A model generated the notes under the pieces. It searched no databases and was not told where the DNA came from. It worked only from the letters and a program-made list of their open reading frames with translations. Below, one piece after another: positions 32,649 through 46,727 of a stretch of 64,000 bases of DNA. The translations under genes and the position numbers were made by a program. This DNA comes from Thalia democratica (taxonomy: Eukaryota), in NCBI GenBank assembly GCA_965202585.1, contig OZ241833.1, positions 36,084,001 to 36,148,000 on the forward strand, in the 5' to 3' direction. Within the stretch, counting starts at the first letter, position 1. Every line of letters begins with the position of its first letter.

Positions 32649-34112
32649 AATTTGAGATTTAATTTTTAAAAATAATTAAAGTAGAAGAGAGGCGGGTATA
32701 AATAAAAGCTTTTCCTAAAAATGTCCAAAAGAACCAAACTTCGAAAAACTTACAGTTTACCGCTGCTGGGGATCGATCTACCGTGCCTGTACGCGGCCCC
32801 CAACTCCACACGCTGTGCTACCAGTCCACTTTATTGTGCCGATGTAATATTATAAACTTAATATTAAACATATAAGTTCATTTTAAAATTTAATCCACTT
32901 TATCATTAAGAAAACTTAAAGTAAACGCTGAAGAAATAATAGAAGAATAATTAACACATTACTTTATAGTATTTACATAATTAAATAATTTTTAAAATGC
33001 GCTGTTTGAATTTAATCAAAATTTTGTCTATCAAAAAGTTATCTTAAAATATTAAAAAGTCTTTATTTCATCTTTTTAAAATAAAGAACTACTGAGAAGG
33101 AAAATACGGAGTTTAAACGTATATTTGTACAATAAAGCCAGACTGTTGACCAACTCTTTCTTGTGACTTAGTATATAAGAAAACATTATCAAGAGATTTT
33201 AAATCTTAAAATTTTTCTTTTTTTTTTAATTTGAAATATAAACTTTATTCAAAATCGAAACTTAATCTGTTATTAAATTGTGATTTATTACTGAGTTTAA
33301 CACATTTGTTCAAATTTTTAATTTATAAGCTAAGTAAAGTTACATACCTTTTGTAAATAAATAAAAATGCAATTCGTTTTTTAACTTTAAAACCACCATT
33401 TCTCACTTCAAAAAAAACTATGTAATGGAAAGCGACACTTCTTTTAAATATTTTTGTTTAGTAGTACAAGCTATTAAATTTAAAAGTTCGTAACCTTTAG
33501 TTTTTAACATGGCTTATAACTTTTATTTATGCTAAAACTATCTTAGATCATCTACTTAACGATTAGATTTGTACTTAAAGATAGTTTTAAGTGAAGAAAA
33601 AGTTAATTATAACACTTAAAGTAAACGTTCTTATTAGTAGTTATAATAATTGTATATTAACACTTAGTATGCAGTTGTAAAAACTTAAGAACTTGTGTTG
33701 AAGTAAAAAAACATTACTGTACTTACAATATTTATATAGTAAAACTAGTTTTGTTACCTCATCAAACCAACCTATTTAAAAAACAAACGCTTCTAATCCA
33801 ACAAAGCTTTTACTGATAGTTTGAAAAACTGTTTGAAATTTAAAACAGTAATTCGTTTAATTATAAACATTTATACATTTCAAGTAACTGTGCTGATGTC
33901 TGTAATCTTAGAAACAAATAATTTATTGTTAATGAATGTTAATAAGAACACAACAGCGTCGTTTAACATAAACAATAACAAAATAAGTTTTATAATTAAT
34001 ATGGATTACTGTAAATTACTTTCTTAGAGTGGTTTTCAGGTTAAATATATCTATGAAGTAAACAATAAAACAATTAAGAGGTACTTTAAATTGAAAACAG
34101 ATTTTAATAAAT

Positions 34113-35136
34113 GGCCAAGAGCATCGCACACCGCGCGCAAAGCGCGCTTTTGTGCTAGCCGAATAAGGCAGATAAATAATAAAATAAGTAAATTAAAATT
34201 ATTAGTTAGAAATTTTTAAAATTTTGAAATACTATCAAAAACTCTTAAAATTTTAGAAAACTTATGTTTAAACTATGGGTTAGAACAAGTTAGTTTGAAA
34301 CAGATAATGTAAAAAGGAAAAATATATATATCTATTCACTTAACTATAAAACAAAAAGAACTACATAAGTAAGAAAATAGTTTGTAATAAGTAGCTAAAA
34401 GTATCGCACACCGCGCGCAGAGCGCGCTTTTGTACTAGCCAAATAAAGCAAATACTAATTAATAATAATTTATAATAAAGTAAATAAAATTATAACTAAA
34501 ATATTACAAATATAAAAAATTTTTAATATTTTCTACTATTTTCAAATACTCTTAAAAAATACTTCAAGTTTTTAATAACTGCCGTTTAAACTAAGTATTA
34601 AAACAAAATTACTCCACTAATTTTAACTTTAAACAAATCTAAATTTGTTAACCTAAATTCTGCTTAAAAACTAAAATAAAACTACCGTTTTAACTAAGCA
34701 TTAAGGATAATTGCTCTACTTGAAAGAAAAAATAATATTTTAACTTTAAACAAATCTGAATTCGTTAAGCTAAATTCCTGGCTCAGAAAGCTCGCTTTCT
34801 TATGATTTTGCTTCGCAAAAAAGGCCCGCTTCGCGCTCGATCTTGCTTAAGCTTCCAGACCTCGAAAGCTTCGCTTTCTTTTTACGTCCCAACCTCAGAA
34901 AGCTCCGCTTACTTTCGGTTTTGCTTTGCAAAAATAAGCACAGCAGCGCGCTTCGCGCGCGATTGTGCAATCTTGCTTTGACTTCCATGCCTCCAAGGCT
35001 TCTCTTTCATTGTACGTCCCAACCTCAGAAAGCTCCGCTTTCTTTCGGTTTTGCTTCGCAAAATAGGCACAACAGCGCGCTTTGCGCGCGATTGTGCGAT
35101 CTTGCTTTCGGCCTCTCTTCGAACAGCGGTTTTCGA
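34113..35136 (+). mobile_element. H-F hairpin element copy
   Basis: Near-identical to 26330-27353. Confidence 0.6.
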
Positions 35137-37051
35137 TTTAATTATCCATCCCACCCACCCCAAAAATTATATCCAATATATATTCTAAACTGTTTTTTTA
35201 ATTTCAGAAATTTCATGTTACGTCACTAACTCTTTCAGATGTTCATTTTAGTCGACATAAAATCGTTTAAAAATATGTATGAAAAATTTGCATAAAATTA
35301 GCATAACTTTTTTTTTTATTTCATGTTACGTCACTAACTCTTCCAGATGTTCGTTTTAGTCGACATAAAATCGTTTAAAAATATGTATGAAAAATTTGCA
35401 TAAAATTAGCATAACTTTTTTTTTTATTTCATGTTACGTCACTAACTCTTACAGATGTTCGTTTTAGTCGACATAAAATCTTTTGTTAACCTAAATTCCT
35501 GCTCTAAAAACTACCGTTTTAACTATGCATTAAGGATAATTGCTCTACTTGAAAGAAAAAAATAATATTTTAACTTTAAAAACATGTATAAAAAATTTGC
35601 ATAAAATGATCTTAACTTTTTTTTTGAGTTGATTATCAAATTTAATATCTTTGGAACGTAACTTTAAATTACTGTAATGATGTTAATTCTTGATAAATAA
35701 AAGTGTTATACGTTTAAGAAATAAATAAAGTATTACATAACTGTAATAACTGATAAATATAACAAAGAAAGTCAATGTGCTATAATGAAACATCACTTTT
35801 GTTTTTTTGAAGTTTGATAAATCATTGCAATCTAGTATTGGTTTGAAAAAAAATAAATTTTATTTTTAGCTTACGTTAGCAGCTTACTTAAAAATCTTAA
35901 AGTAAACATTAACGATTTTGTACAATAAACTAAAAAACGATAACGCTTTTAAATCAACTTTGGTTGAATTAAATTTCAAGTTAAACTTTAAAAGCACTAA
36001 TTGCTTTAAGTTAGTTCAGAAGCTTTTTAATGTGTTGAATAGATAAATTGATAGTTTTTAATGTTTCGGAATAAAACAATCGTATGGTCCTGGACAAGAC
36101 GTTAAAAGGTATCCATGATGTGCGACTCGATAACCGAAAGGTTTTTGTGGACCAGGTCCTAGAGCCAAATATTTTGAACGTCTTTTTTTTGTCTTTCAAT
36201 AAACTATAAAGGTGTATAAATAAGTTGATTGTCTAATTAACATACTATCTTATGAGAATATTTTATAAATTGTTTTAACTTCTCAAATTTAACAAATCGT
36301 TTTTAATTTTTACTTCTCAAATTTATTTATAACTTAACGAATGACTATTTAAAACTGACATGGCAAGCTACTTTGCTAATAAAGTCAATCAGCGTTTAGA
36401 CGTGTAAGCGGGTTGACGCCGTGAAGGTAACTGTTAGTTGCAGGCATATAGCTTATAGCTCAAGTCGACTCGAGGTGGCTGTTAAAGGTTGTATAGCAGA
36501 CCTGATTGAATAAGTAGCGAGGGAAGGTAAAGCGAAAGCTTGTTATCATTCTCAATTAAAATAACTGATTAGTGTACTCCTTAGTAAAAGTATTAAATTT
36601 ATTGGTATGTTTTAAATGTTTATTACTAACAAAAAAAAAAAGATTTTTAATCTGTTCTTTACAATTTTGATGGTCAAGTTGTTCAGTACTTAAGTGAATT
36701 TATTAACAAATTTAGAGCTTAAGAACTACATAAGTTTTAAATAATACCTTTTGATAAGTTTCATTAACAACACTTTGATATTGTATGTTTTGATTTTTAG
36801 GAAAGAAATAAAGAGATCACAACTACTAGAGGAGATTTATTCTTTCAATACATTTTTATGCAAACTAAGTTTAACATTTATAAAGGGTTTTATTTTGAAG
36901 ACCATGAAAATGTTTTCAGCTTAACACATCAAAGTTGTTGATAAAGTCTTAAGAACAATCCGTATACTTTACTTAGCAGCTATCAAAGTTTCACTTTTAA
37001 GACATTGAGTTTTTTTTTTCAGCATTAAAACATCATAATTGTTTTTAACAG

Positions 37052-37163
37052 ATTCGACAAGTTCAACTCAAAATATAATCCGATCGGGCAGAGCATTCTG
37101 AGGGAAGTTTACATAAAAACCGATAACCAGATTGGAGGAAAATATTTTGCCCATGTTTGCAGG
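37052..37163 (+). pseudogene. AMPD: Isolated AMP deaminase exon, copy 2
   Basis: Same 112-bp exon, with a synonymous gca>gcc change. Confidence 0.85.
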
Positions 37164-37228
37164 GTTAGTATGAATTTCTATTTGTTTTGTTAATTAACAA
37201 TAAAAAACATAACAATCATTAATTTTAG

Positions 37229-39401
37229 TTTCAGTCGCTGAATTATTGAATTTTTCTGCATTTATTTCACTTGAAGGTAAAGTTTGTTAGAATATTTTAC
37301 AGTTTTAACATGTTTTAGAATGAACAAAACTAAAGACTATTTTAAAATTATTTTAATTAAAAAAAAAAAACTGAAAACTAAATACGTTGTTTAAGCTGTA
37401 TCTACAATGCTTTTATTTTATTTTTAATGTTTATAGTTATTATTTGGTATGTTTTTTACTTGAATTTTTAACCGAGCAATTTGTTTTCGTTTTGTGTAAC
37501 ATAGCACTTTAACTAATGTATTCGCAAAAGTAAAAAAAAAAATATAAGTTTTCTTTTACTACTTTTGTTTTGAAATATCCTTTATGAAGATTTTTTGAAT
37601 ATTTATTATAAAACTAACAAAGCAATATCTACAGAGTATGTAATATAGTATAATAAATTGGTTTAAAACAAAAAATTTAAAACATTATCAGCATTTCATT
37701 CTTTCAGTGGCAAAAAAAAAAAGAAAGTTTGTTTTTTAATAAAATTTTGTAAACTAAATATAGCATTTGCAAATTAAGTAACAATATACATTTTTGAAAA
37801 TATTTTGGTTTTATTTTTAAAAACTAGGAAAACAATTTTAATATTGTACAACGTTTAAAAGTTATAAATGCCGGTCAATTACAAAAAACACTACTGTTTG
37901 CGTTTATTATTATTTCAAAGCAATTCAAAAATTTTAAGTTTTATATATTCTCTTTTAAAAAAGTTGTGAACTAATCAATAACTAATTTAATTTCGTTAAC
38001 TCTAACTTTATGTTTTTCATGATTGTCTCTATTTAAATAAAGTAATATTCTACAAGTAAGGTCTTACTTGTTAATTAGCTTGCTATTAGTGCTTAAAGTT
38101 TTAGTTAAAACTCTTTGTTTATTAAACAGAACACTTTTTAACCCTTTTACTTTACTAACCTTTTTAAGTTTAGAAGGCTACAAATAAATTATGTTTTTAT
38201 ATCAGAACAATACAACTTAAACAAACAAAAAATTTATAAAATCACTATAGAAATATATTCTAACAACTCCAAATCGTAAAAAACTTATCACCAATGGGTT
38301 TTGCAAGTATTTCGTTGTTATTTAAACTCAATAATTTTAAAAATTAATAAACTACCTTGTTTCAGGTTTGCAAAGCAATTTGAACAAGGAAGTCGGGATG
38401 GTCGCTCTGGGTCTCTTGTACCTGACGTTTCTCACAACTTCCATGTTCTTGCTCCCCCTAGTGATGAACATGCTCGATTGCAGGAAAATTCTCTGCATTT
38501 CAACTCTCGCGTACGCAACCTACACTGCCGGTTTGTTGGCGTTGTTGTCTATGAAATGTTTTTATTGACTACGAACTCTACTGTTTTTTAATGTGAAACC
38601 TGCTTACAGTCGTTTAATGAAAAAATACTAAACATTCGTTTTGAATTCTTATATATTTTTATATCTAAATTCACTTTTATGAAAAGTCTAACTAGCTAAT
38701 GAAATGTAAGCCGTTATAAAATAATGCTTCTCAAAATCTATAAATTTAAAGTTCATACAACTTAAACTTAATTTCTTAAAATTAGATGATTAATAGTCTA
38801 AAGCTAATAAACCATTGTATTTGCAACCGCTAGATTTAAAAACTCCATTTGTGGCAACCACGCTTATAAAACTACTGAACATTAAATGCATAAAATATGT
38901 TTGAAAAACAAAAAATATTTTTTGTTAGCATAATTTTAGACGGTTTTAAGCATCAATACTTTGTCAGAAACTTAACAAAATTTTGTCGTTTAAAATAAAA
39001 TGTTGTTAATGCTTCATTATTATTCTTTATTTATTTATTCATACTTTTTTTTCTATATAAATCAGTGATTAATTTACAGTACAAATTAAATTTGTTATAT
39101 AAATTTTTTTCATACAAAGCTATTATAACGACTCAGTTGTGTTAAAATATATTACTTTTCAAAAAACAAGATATTTCTAAACTAATAAGACCGTTTTAAT
39201 AAACAAACTTCGCTTCAGTTTATAACTTTTTTCGCAGCAAATTTCTACCCGGTCGCTCACACCATCGTTCCCGCCGCCGTGTTGCTGGGGACGGGCGCCT
39301 CGTTGCTATGGAGCAGCGTGCGGGTCTACGTGGCCAAGATTGCGGTGTGGCACGCCACCGCGCGGCAGAAAAGCGCGGAAAAAACCACCTACTTGTTCTT
39401 C
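37229..39401 (+). pseudogene. UNC93A: UNC-93-like copy 3: exons 37229-37276, 38366-38530, then 39238-39401 joined directly to the 3' flank
   Basis: The long exon stops at ttgttcttc and continues cgctaggtggcgg, sequence normally ~12 bp after the stop codon. About 2.5 kb is deleted. Confidence 0.85.
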
Positions 39402-42400
39402 CGCTAGGTGGCGGTGGTGTTTTTAATTATGTTTTTTTTTGGTTTTGAAGTAGGTTTAACAAGGTTTTTTATTAGATTAACTAGTTTAATTTAGTTTATT
39501 GTCAATAAGTAATTCTAGTTAATTAAATTAACTGTGCTTTCAAAATTTAGATAGCTTTTAAGTACAAAATTTATGAAGGAATATTTGTTTTATACAGTTA
39601 GTTCTTGACTAGTTTGTTTATAGTAAAAGTGTTTTATTGTTTTTAAAATATGAAGTTTAAAAATCTCATTTACTTAGTAGTTATTTAACAAGCTGTAATT
39701 TTCAAATAACCCTTTTGTCTTCTGTAACTAAATTCTTTGACAAAGTTTTTATGTTTTTTATATATGTTTTAATTTTTAAGCGTTTTCTGTGTCTATGTAA
39801 AGTTGTTTGTTTCCTTATACACGTTTCAAATTCCGTCTACATTTGTCTATCGATTTTATATTTCTTATTTGATTTTTGCTTATACTATTGTTAGTCTTAA
39901 ATAAATCTTTTCATTTACATTTGTTATTGTTGTTGTTTTGGATAAGATCTAGAGACTGAGATTAGACTTATATTATGTAACTAAAGCTGAATGTAAAATA
40001 TGTTAGTTTAATTTTATGGTTCAAGTATAAAAATTATAATTTAAAAAATATTTTATTGTTTTAGACTTCTTTGTAGATTTTGTAGTTCAAACTTTTTAAA
40101 GTTTTAAATTGTTTTTACTTAAACTTATATTGTTTACAAGTTTTATTTATGCCACGTTATTTTTAAAAGTTACTTATATTTTTGAAACAAAGTTTATATT
40201 ATAGTGTTTTTAGGCTCTTTATTATATAAGATACACTACTTAATCTGTCTGTCTGATTTGTAAAAAATAGACTAAAGTAGCATTGATTTATTAAATAAGT
40301 ATGAATTTTTTTATCCGTTATGTTCTTTAAAATGTTTTGAGCTTGGCTATTTTTAATATATCTCTTGGGTGTTAGTATTACTTTATATTTATTACTCGGT
40401 TTCTAAATAATTTTATATAGTCAATAAAACGTAGTGACTTGTAAAGTTAGCTGACCATTATTCATCATAAACAATAAGTAGAAATTTTGTAAAGGTGAGT
40501 AAAGTTCACTGTTTGCATAAAATATCGCTGTTTAACACTTATTCCGGCAATTCAACAAAGTGTTTGTGTTTTCTCCATTCTAGTAACAATTTTGTGAGCT
40601 TTTAGGTTTAGATTATTCAACAAAAAAATTGTACCAAGTTTTGACTTGCAAATTGTCAACTTGAAAATATTAATTTTAAATCAGGACTAGTATATCAACA
40701 ACAAGTTCTTATTCACAAAAAATGTCTGTTCTCAGAACATCTTATAAAGTTTGTTTCAACCAAAAGTTAACAAAATCTAGACTTAAAATTTCCGTTTAAT
40801 ACTCCATTATACCTAAAGCTTATTTGAAACTTTCTTGACAGCTTTTAAATATTGAGCTTTTAAATAATAATTTTTGTTTTCCCTGTCATATACATTGTAT
40901 CTCCTTGTGCAGGTAATTTTATTATTTTTATCAATGTTTTTAAGAAGGAGTTATATAATTTTTAGGATAATGTTATTTTTTAGATACTTAACAATTACCA
41001 AATAGCAGCTTCATTATGTTGAAAATAAGAAAAAAAGTTGTAGAAATGCTAATTAAGATTGGTCTTGAGATAGTTAATTTCGTTTAAGCATAAAATTTAT
41101 TTAAATAAAAAACTACTGTCCTTATATTTTAATTTTTATAATTCTAGTCGCGGGCCCATTGTGATAAAAAATTCAAAAGTTAAAAACTTAAAGTATTAAG
41201 TTTTTTGATATGAGTGTTTATGAAAACGCTACAAACAAATAAATTTAAAAAAAAAGTATATTTAAAAGTAACCAAAGTGTATATATAGTCTTAAGGCAGT
41301 CAAACATAAAAAATAAAAGTAGGAATGAAATAATTTGTGTCGGTACTTTTTGATTACACTTAAGATACATTTTTAGATGATAACATATATTTAAAAAAAA
41401 ATACACACAAAACTGTCTAGAGTTGTTTGAAAATACCAAGTTTATAAAATCGTGTTTTTAACTATTTTCTAGTCTTGCCTATTTAACTGTTTTCTGACTT
41501 TTCTAAAGTTCTAACAAATGAAAAAAAAACAGTAAGAAAATTAATTAAAACTTTGTGTGTTTAAATAATCAAGAATATAAATTTTCCTTTTATAAATCTA
41601 ACTAATTAACAGTTGTTTTATCAATAGATAACAACATTTTATTGTCCGTTATAACATGAAACACAACAAAAAGTTTAACAAATACTTTTTAGTGAATATT
41701 TCGAAAGCAGAAAGTAATAAAACTAAACTTTGTTTTTGAAAATTAAATCAACTATAGCCCCAAAGGGGGCAACTTGGCTTAGTTTAGGAAACCCTTTTAT
41801 GAATCTGTTCTGAATTTTTTTTTAAGTAGTGTTCAATAAAAATATTCAGAAAGTTTTACAAGTTTTGGTTCATGAAACTAGCGGGAAAATATTGCTTTGT
41901 TATTTCACTCACTTTTTGTAACTTAATTTTTTTTAATCTTTTGCTTATTTTCTTAATTATTTATTTCGGTTTTCAACTTCAAAGTAGTTTATTATAGATA
42001 TTAACAACGGCCGGTGCTCAAATATGCACGAAGAGTCGCTTTCTCGCAGCTCCAACTTCGTACGGTAGAAAATCAACCGGCGGGAGTAATTATGACTCCT
42101 TCAAGCATTACGCAGTTCAGGCAAGCTCATGTCTGGGTTGTAATTGATTTTTGAGCTTGCTGCCGTTCAACATTATTAATTTACTGAGACCAACAGTAAC
42201 AGTTGCGATTTTGAATGCATTGGAGTGTTTTACGAGGCCCGTATTTTTATTCTAAGTAATTTAAACTTTGTCTAACAAACGTTGCTTCGTATTACCATTA
42301 AGTATAAGCTTAAGTTCCTGTACAGATATGGAATTTATGCATACATGCTTTGTTATCTTTATTAAGAGTTATTAAATTTAACAGTACTGTTAAAAAATTG

Positions 42401-44220
42401 TAGAAATTGCCAACGTACTGTATTTATTGAACTAAACAATTCAATTAAATTGAAAAACTTTCAAAATTAGAAAACCTATATTTATTACTTAAAAAATAAG
42501 AATGGTTAAAAAACCAAACTTTTTTAAATTATTAAGACACTAAGTTACCTATCAGTAGGATTTCATTAAATTAATTACTTATAGATAAATTTTTAAAAAT
42601 ACTCAAGAATTACATTCAATTGGTTATGTACTATAGATGACGATCTTTTTTATTTTAAAATTAAACGCTTAAATATACGTTATCTAAATTGAACAGATTT
42701 ATTTTAAAAATAGCAACAAATATTAAATTATGTGTTAGTCCAAAACAATAAGTTACTTAAACGTGTAAAGTGTTTTCAATAGATAATAAGCTTAGGTACT
42801 TTTACGCAACAAAAACCAATAATGTTTTCTGTCAACTCAAACTCTTCTTCACACCATTGATCTTTGCCAATGTCGTAGCACCAATATGATCGCGAGTAGG
42901 CACTGTAGGTAACAATCTTTTCACCGATTGAAACAACTCTGAAGCGGCTTGATTTCTGATCTCTTCTCACCGGTCTCTTGATCAGCGCGAACTGCTGGCA
43001 GTCGGAATCAAAGACTTCGCAGCTTTCACGAGAGGGATAGAATGCGGGACGTGCGATTATGAACAGCTTGTTTCTGACGGCCACTTGTCCGTGATATTCT
43101 CTGGCGCCCAGCATGCTCGGCATTTGCGCCCACTCGTTCGTCTCGTGGTCGTACGCTTCGACTGCGCGCGAGTGCGCTCCGTCAACAGTCCCGCCGGAAA
43201 CGACCACTTTTCCTCGGTAAGCCGAACAAGCCGCGTTGTTTCTTCTGAGCATCATCTCAGCAATTGGTTTGAACGAGCAGTCTTTCGTGTCGAACATTCT
43301 TTCAGTGTCACTTGGATTATGGACATAAGCGTCGTTACGTTTATCTCTCCTTTCACCCCCACAAATATATATTTTGTCCATCAAAGCGCAAGCGCAAAAA
43401 TTTTCCTGCTTCACGTCCTCTTGCGACACGCGCTGCCAAGTTTGGGTGAGCACAGAGTATTTGTCAACCTGTGTTACGGTTCCGAACCCGTTGAAACCAT
43501 AAAGAAAATAAACTTCTGCCCTCAGATAAACTGCTTTGAAGTGGGCTCGCGTTCTTTTCATTTGCAACGCGTCAGCTTTGGAGGGTTTAAAATTTCTACC
43601 GTCCACCTTGTGCACGTTGGTGAAAAACATTTTTCCGAAGTAGCCTCCGCAGACGAGCACGTCAAACATGTCTTGACCGCAGTACCTGTGACGAGCGGAA
43701 AGTTTGCTTTCAACTTTTTTGCTGTCAACAACGTTTTGTAAAATTGCAGCGCGCTCGTCGTTTCCCGCAAAAGCCGAGCTTTCGCGCAGCAAACGCTCCA
43801 AGCTGCCGCTCGACAACAAACTGAGACGCACTTTTGCGAAGAGATCGCTCGCGAAAGCTCTTCTGCCTTCAAAGTCGCGGCTCAGCCAACCGTTGGCTGC
43901 GTTGACGACCTCAAGCTCGGAAGTGACATGCAGTGAAGAGCTTGAAAGTACTTTTGCAACCAGACCAGAGCTCAGCTGCTGAAAGTTTTCAGTTTCAGCG
44001 ACCACCGTGAAAAATTGTTCTATGTAGCACAGCAAAGCCTTAGAAATGTTTTTTAAACTGAAGGTGGCAGTTATCTCATAAAAGGCCGCCACATTCTTGA
44101 AACTTGTTTTCTCCTTGAAAACTTCGCAAATCTGGTTGCTTACTTCAACTTCACTCAGCAAAATCTTGCTTATCTTCAAAGTTGAAACAGTTTTCATATC
44201 TTCTGTTTTATGTGCATTTG
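39402..44220. repeat. Third copy of the UNC-93 3' flank, intergenic block and kelch gene
   Basis: Colinear with ~5674-10490 and ~53446-57900. Confidence 0.9.
42776..44197 (-). CDS. Kelch-like protein (BACK plus kelch), 473 aa; copy K2
   Basis: Intact ORF with about a dozen amino-acid differences from K1. Upstream is block G rather than the hAT-containing block. Confidence 0.9.
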   Translation of the reverse strand: MKTVSTLKISKILLSEVEVSNQICEVFKEKTSFKNVAAFYEITATFSLKNISKALLCYIEQFFTVVAETENFQQLSSGLVAKVLSSSSLHVTSELEVVNAANGWLSRDFEGRRAFASDLFAKVRLSLLSSGSLERLLRESSAFAGNDERAAILQNVVDSKKVESKLSARHRYCGQDMFDVLVCGGYFGKMFFTNVHKVDGRNFKPSKADALQMKRTRAHFKAVYLRAEVYFLYGFNGFGTVTQVDKYSVLTQTWQRVSQEDVKQENFCACALMDKIYICGGERRDKRNDAYVHNPSDTERMFDTKDCSFKPIAEMMLRRNNAACSAYRGKVVVSGGTVDGAHSRAVEAYDHETNEWAQMPSMLGAREYHGQVAVRNKLFIIARPAFYPSRESCEVFDSDCQQFALIKRPVRRDQKSSRFRVVSIGEKIVTYSAYSRSYWCYDIGKDQWCEEEFELTENIIGFCCVKVPKLIIY

Positions 44221-45703
44221 TTAAAAAATCAATAAAAAAATAAGGGATTTAATTTTTAAAAATAATTAAAGTAGAAGAGAGGCGGGCATAAATAAAAGCT
44301 TTTCCTAAAAATGTCCAAAAGAACCAAACTTCGAAAAACTTACAGTTTACCGCTGCTGTGGATCGATCTACCGTGCCTGTACGCGGCCCCCAACTCCACA
44401 CGCTGTGCTACCAGTCCACTTTATTGTGCCGATGTAATATTATAAACTTAATATTAAACATATAAGTTCATTTTAAAATTTAATCCACTTTATCATTAAG
44501 AAAACTTAAAGTAAACGCTGAAGAAATAATAGAAGAATAATTAACACATTACTTTATAGTATTTACATAATTAAATAATTTTTAAAATGCGCTGTTTGAA
44601 TTTAATCAAAATTTTGTCTATCAAAAAGTTATCTTAAAATATTAAAAAGTCTTTATTTCATCTTTTTAAAATAAAGAACTACTGAGAAGGAAAATACGGA
44701 GTTTAAACGTATATTTGTACAATAAAGCCAGACTGTTGACCAACTCTTTCTTGTGACTTAGTATATAAGAAAACATTATCAAGAGATTTTAAATCTTAAA
44801 ATGTTTCTTTTTTTTAATTTGAAATATAAACTTTATTCAAAATCGAAACTTAATCTGTTATTAAATTGTGATTTATTACTGAGTTTAACACATATGTTCA
44901 AATTTTTAATTTATAAGCTAAGTAAAGTTACATACCTTTTGTAAATAAATAAAAATGCAATTCGTTTTTTAACTTTAAAACCACCATTTCTCACTTCAAA
45001 AAAAACTATGTAATGGAAAGCGACACTTCTTTTTTTAAATATTTTTGTTTAGTAGTACAAGCTATTAAATTTAAAAGTTCGTAACCTTTAGTTTTTAACA
45101 TGGCTTATAACTTTTATTTATGCTAAAACTATCTTAGATCATCTACTTAACGATTAGATTTGTACTTAAAGATAGTTTTAAGTGAAGAAAAAGTTAATTA
45201 TAACACTTAAAGTAAACGTTCTTATTAGTAGTTATAATAATTGTATATTAACACTTAGTATGCAGTTGTAAAAACTTAAGAACTTGTGTTGAAGTAAAAA
45301 AACATTACTGTACTTACAATATTTATATAGTAAAACTAGTTTTGTTACCTCATCAAACCAACCTATTTAAAAAACAAACGCTTCTAATCCAACAAAGCTT
45401 TTACTGATAGTTTGAAAAACTGTTTGAAATTTAAAACAGTAATTCGTTTAATTATAAACATTTATACATTTCAAGTAACTGTGCTGATGTCTGTAATCTT
45501 AGAAACAAATAATTTATTGTTAATGAATGTTAATAAGAACACAACAGCGTCGTTTAACATAAACAATAACAAAATAAGTTTTATAATTAATATGGATTAC
45601 TGTAAATTACTTTCTTAGAGTGGTTTTCAGGTTAAATATATCTATGAAGTAAACAATAAAACAATTAAGAGGTACTTTAAATTGAAAACAGATTTTAATA
45701 AAT

Positions 45704-46727
45704 GGCCAAGAGCATCGCACACCGCGCGCAAAGCGCGCTTTTGTGCTAGCCGAATAAGGCAGATAAATAATAAAATAAGTAAATTAAAATTATTAGTTAG
45801 AAATTTTTAAAATTTTGAAATACTATCAAAAACTCTTAAAATTTTAGAAAACTTATGTTTAAACTATGGGTTAGAACAAGTTAGTTTGAAACAGATAATG
45901 TAGAAAGGAAAAATATATATATCTATTCACTTAACTATAAAACAAAAAGAACTACATAAGTAAGAAAATAGTTTGTAATAAGTAGCTAAAAGTATCGCAC
46001 ACCGCGCGCAGAGCGCGCTTTTGTGCTAGCCAAATAAAGCAAATACTAATTAATAATAATTTATAATAAAGTAAATAAAATTATAACTAAAATATTACAA
46101 ATATAAAAAATTTTTAATATTTTCTACTATTTTCAAATACTCTTAAAAAATACTTCAAGTTTTTAATAACTGCCGTTTAAACTAAGTATTAAAACAAAAT
46201 TACTCCACTAATTTTAACTTTAAACAAATCTAAATTTGTTAACCTAAATTCTGCTTAAAAACTAAAATAAAACTACCGTTTTAACTAAGCATTAAGGATA
46301 ATTGCTCTACTTGAAAGAAAAAATAATATTTTAACTTTAAACAAATCTGAATTCGTTAAGCTAAATTCCTGGCTCAGAAAGCTCGCTTTCTTATGATTTT
46401 GCTTCGCAAAAAAGGCCCGCTTCGCGCTCGATCTTGCTTTAACTTCCAGACCTCGAAAGCTTCGCTTTCTTTTTACGTCCCAACCTCAGAAAGCTCCGCT
46501 TACTTTCGGTTTTGCTTTGCAAAGATAAGCACAACAGCGCGCTTCGCGCGCGATTGTGCGATCTTGCTTTGACTTCCATGCCTCCAAGGCTTCTCTTTCA
46601 TTGTACGTCCCAACCTCAGAAAGCTCCGCTTTCTTTCGGTTTTGCTTCGCAAAATAAGCACAACAGCGCGCTTTGCGCGCGATTGTGCGATCTTGCTTTC
46701 GGCCTCTCTTCGAACAGCGGTTTTCGA
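45704..46727 (+). mobile_element. H-F hairpin element copy
   Basis: Near-identical to 26330-27353. Confidence 0.6.
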
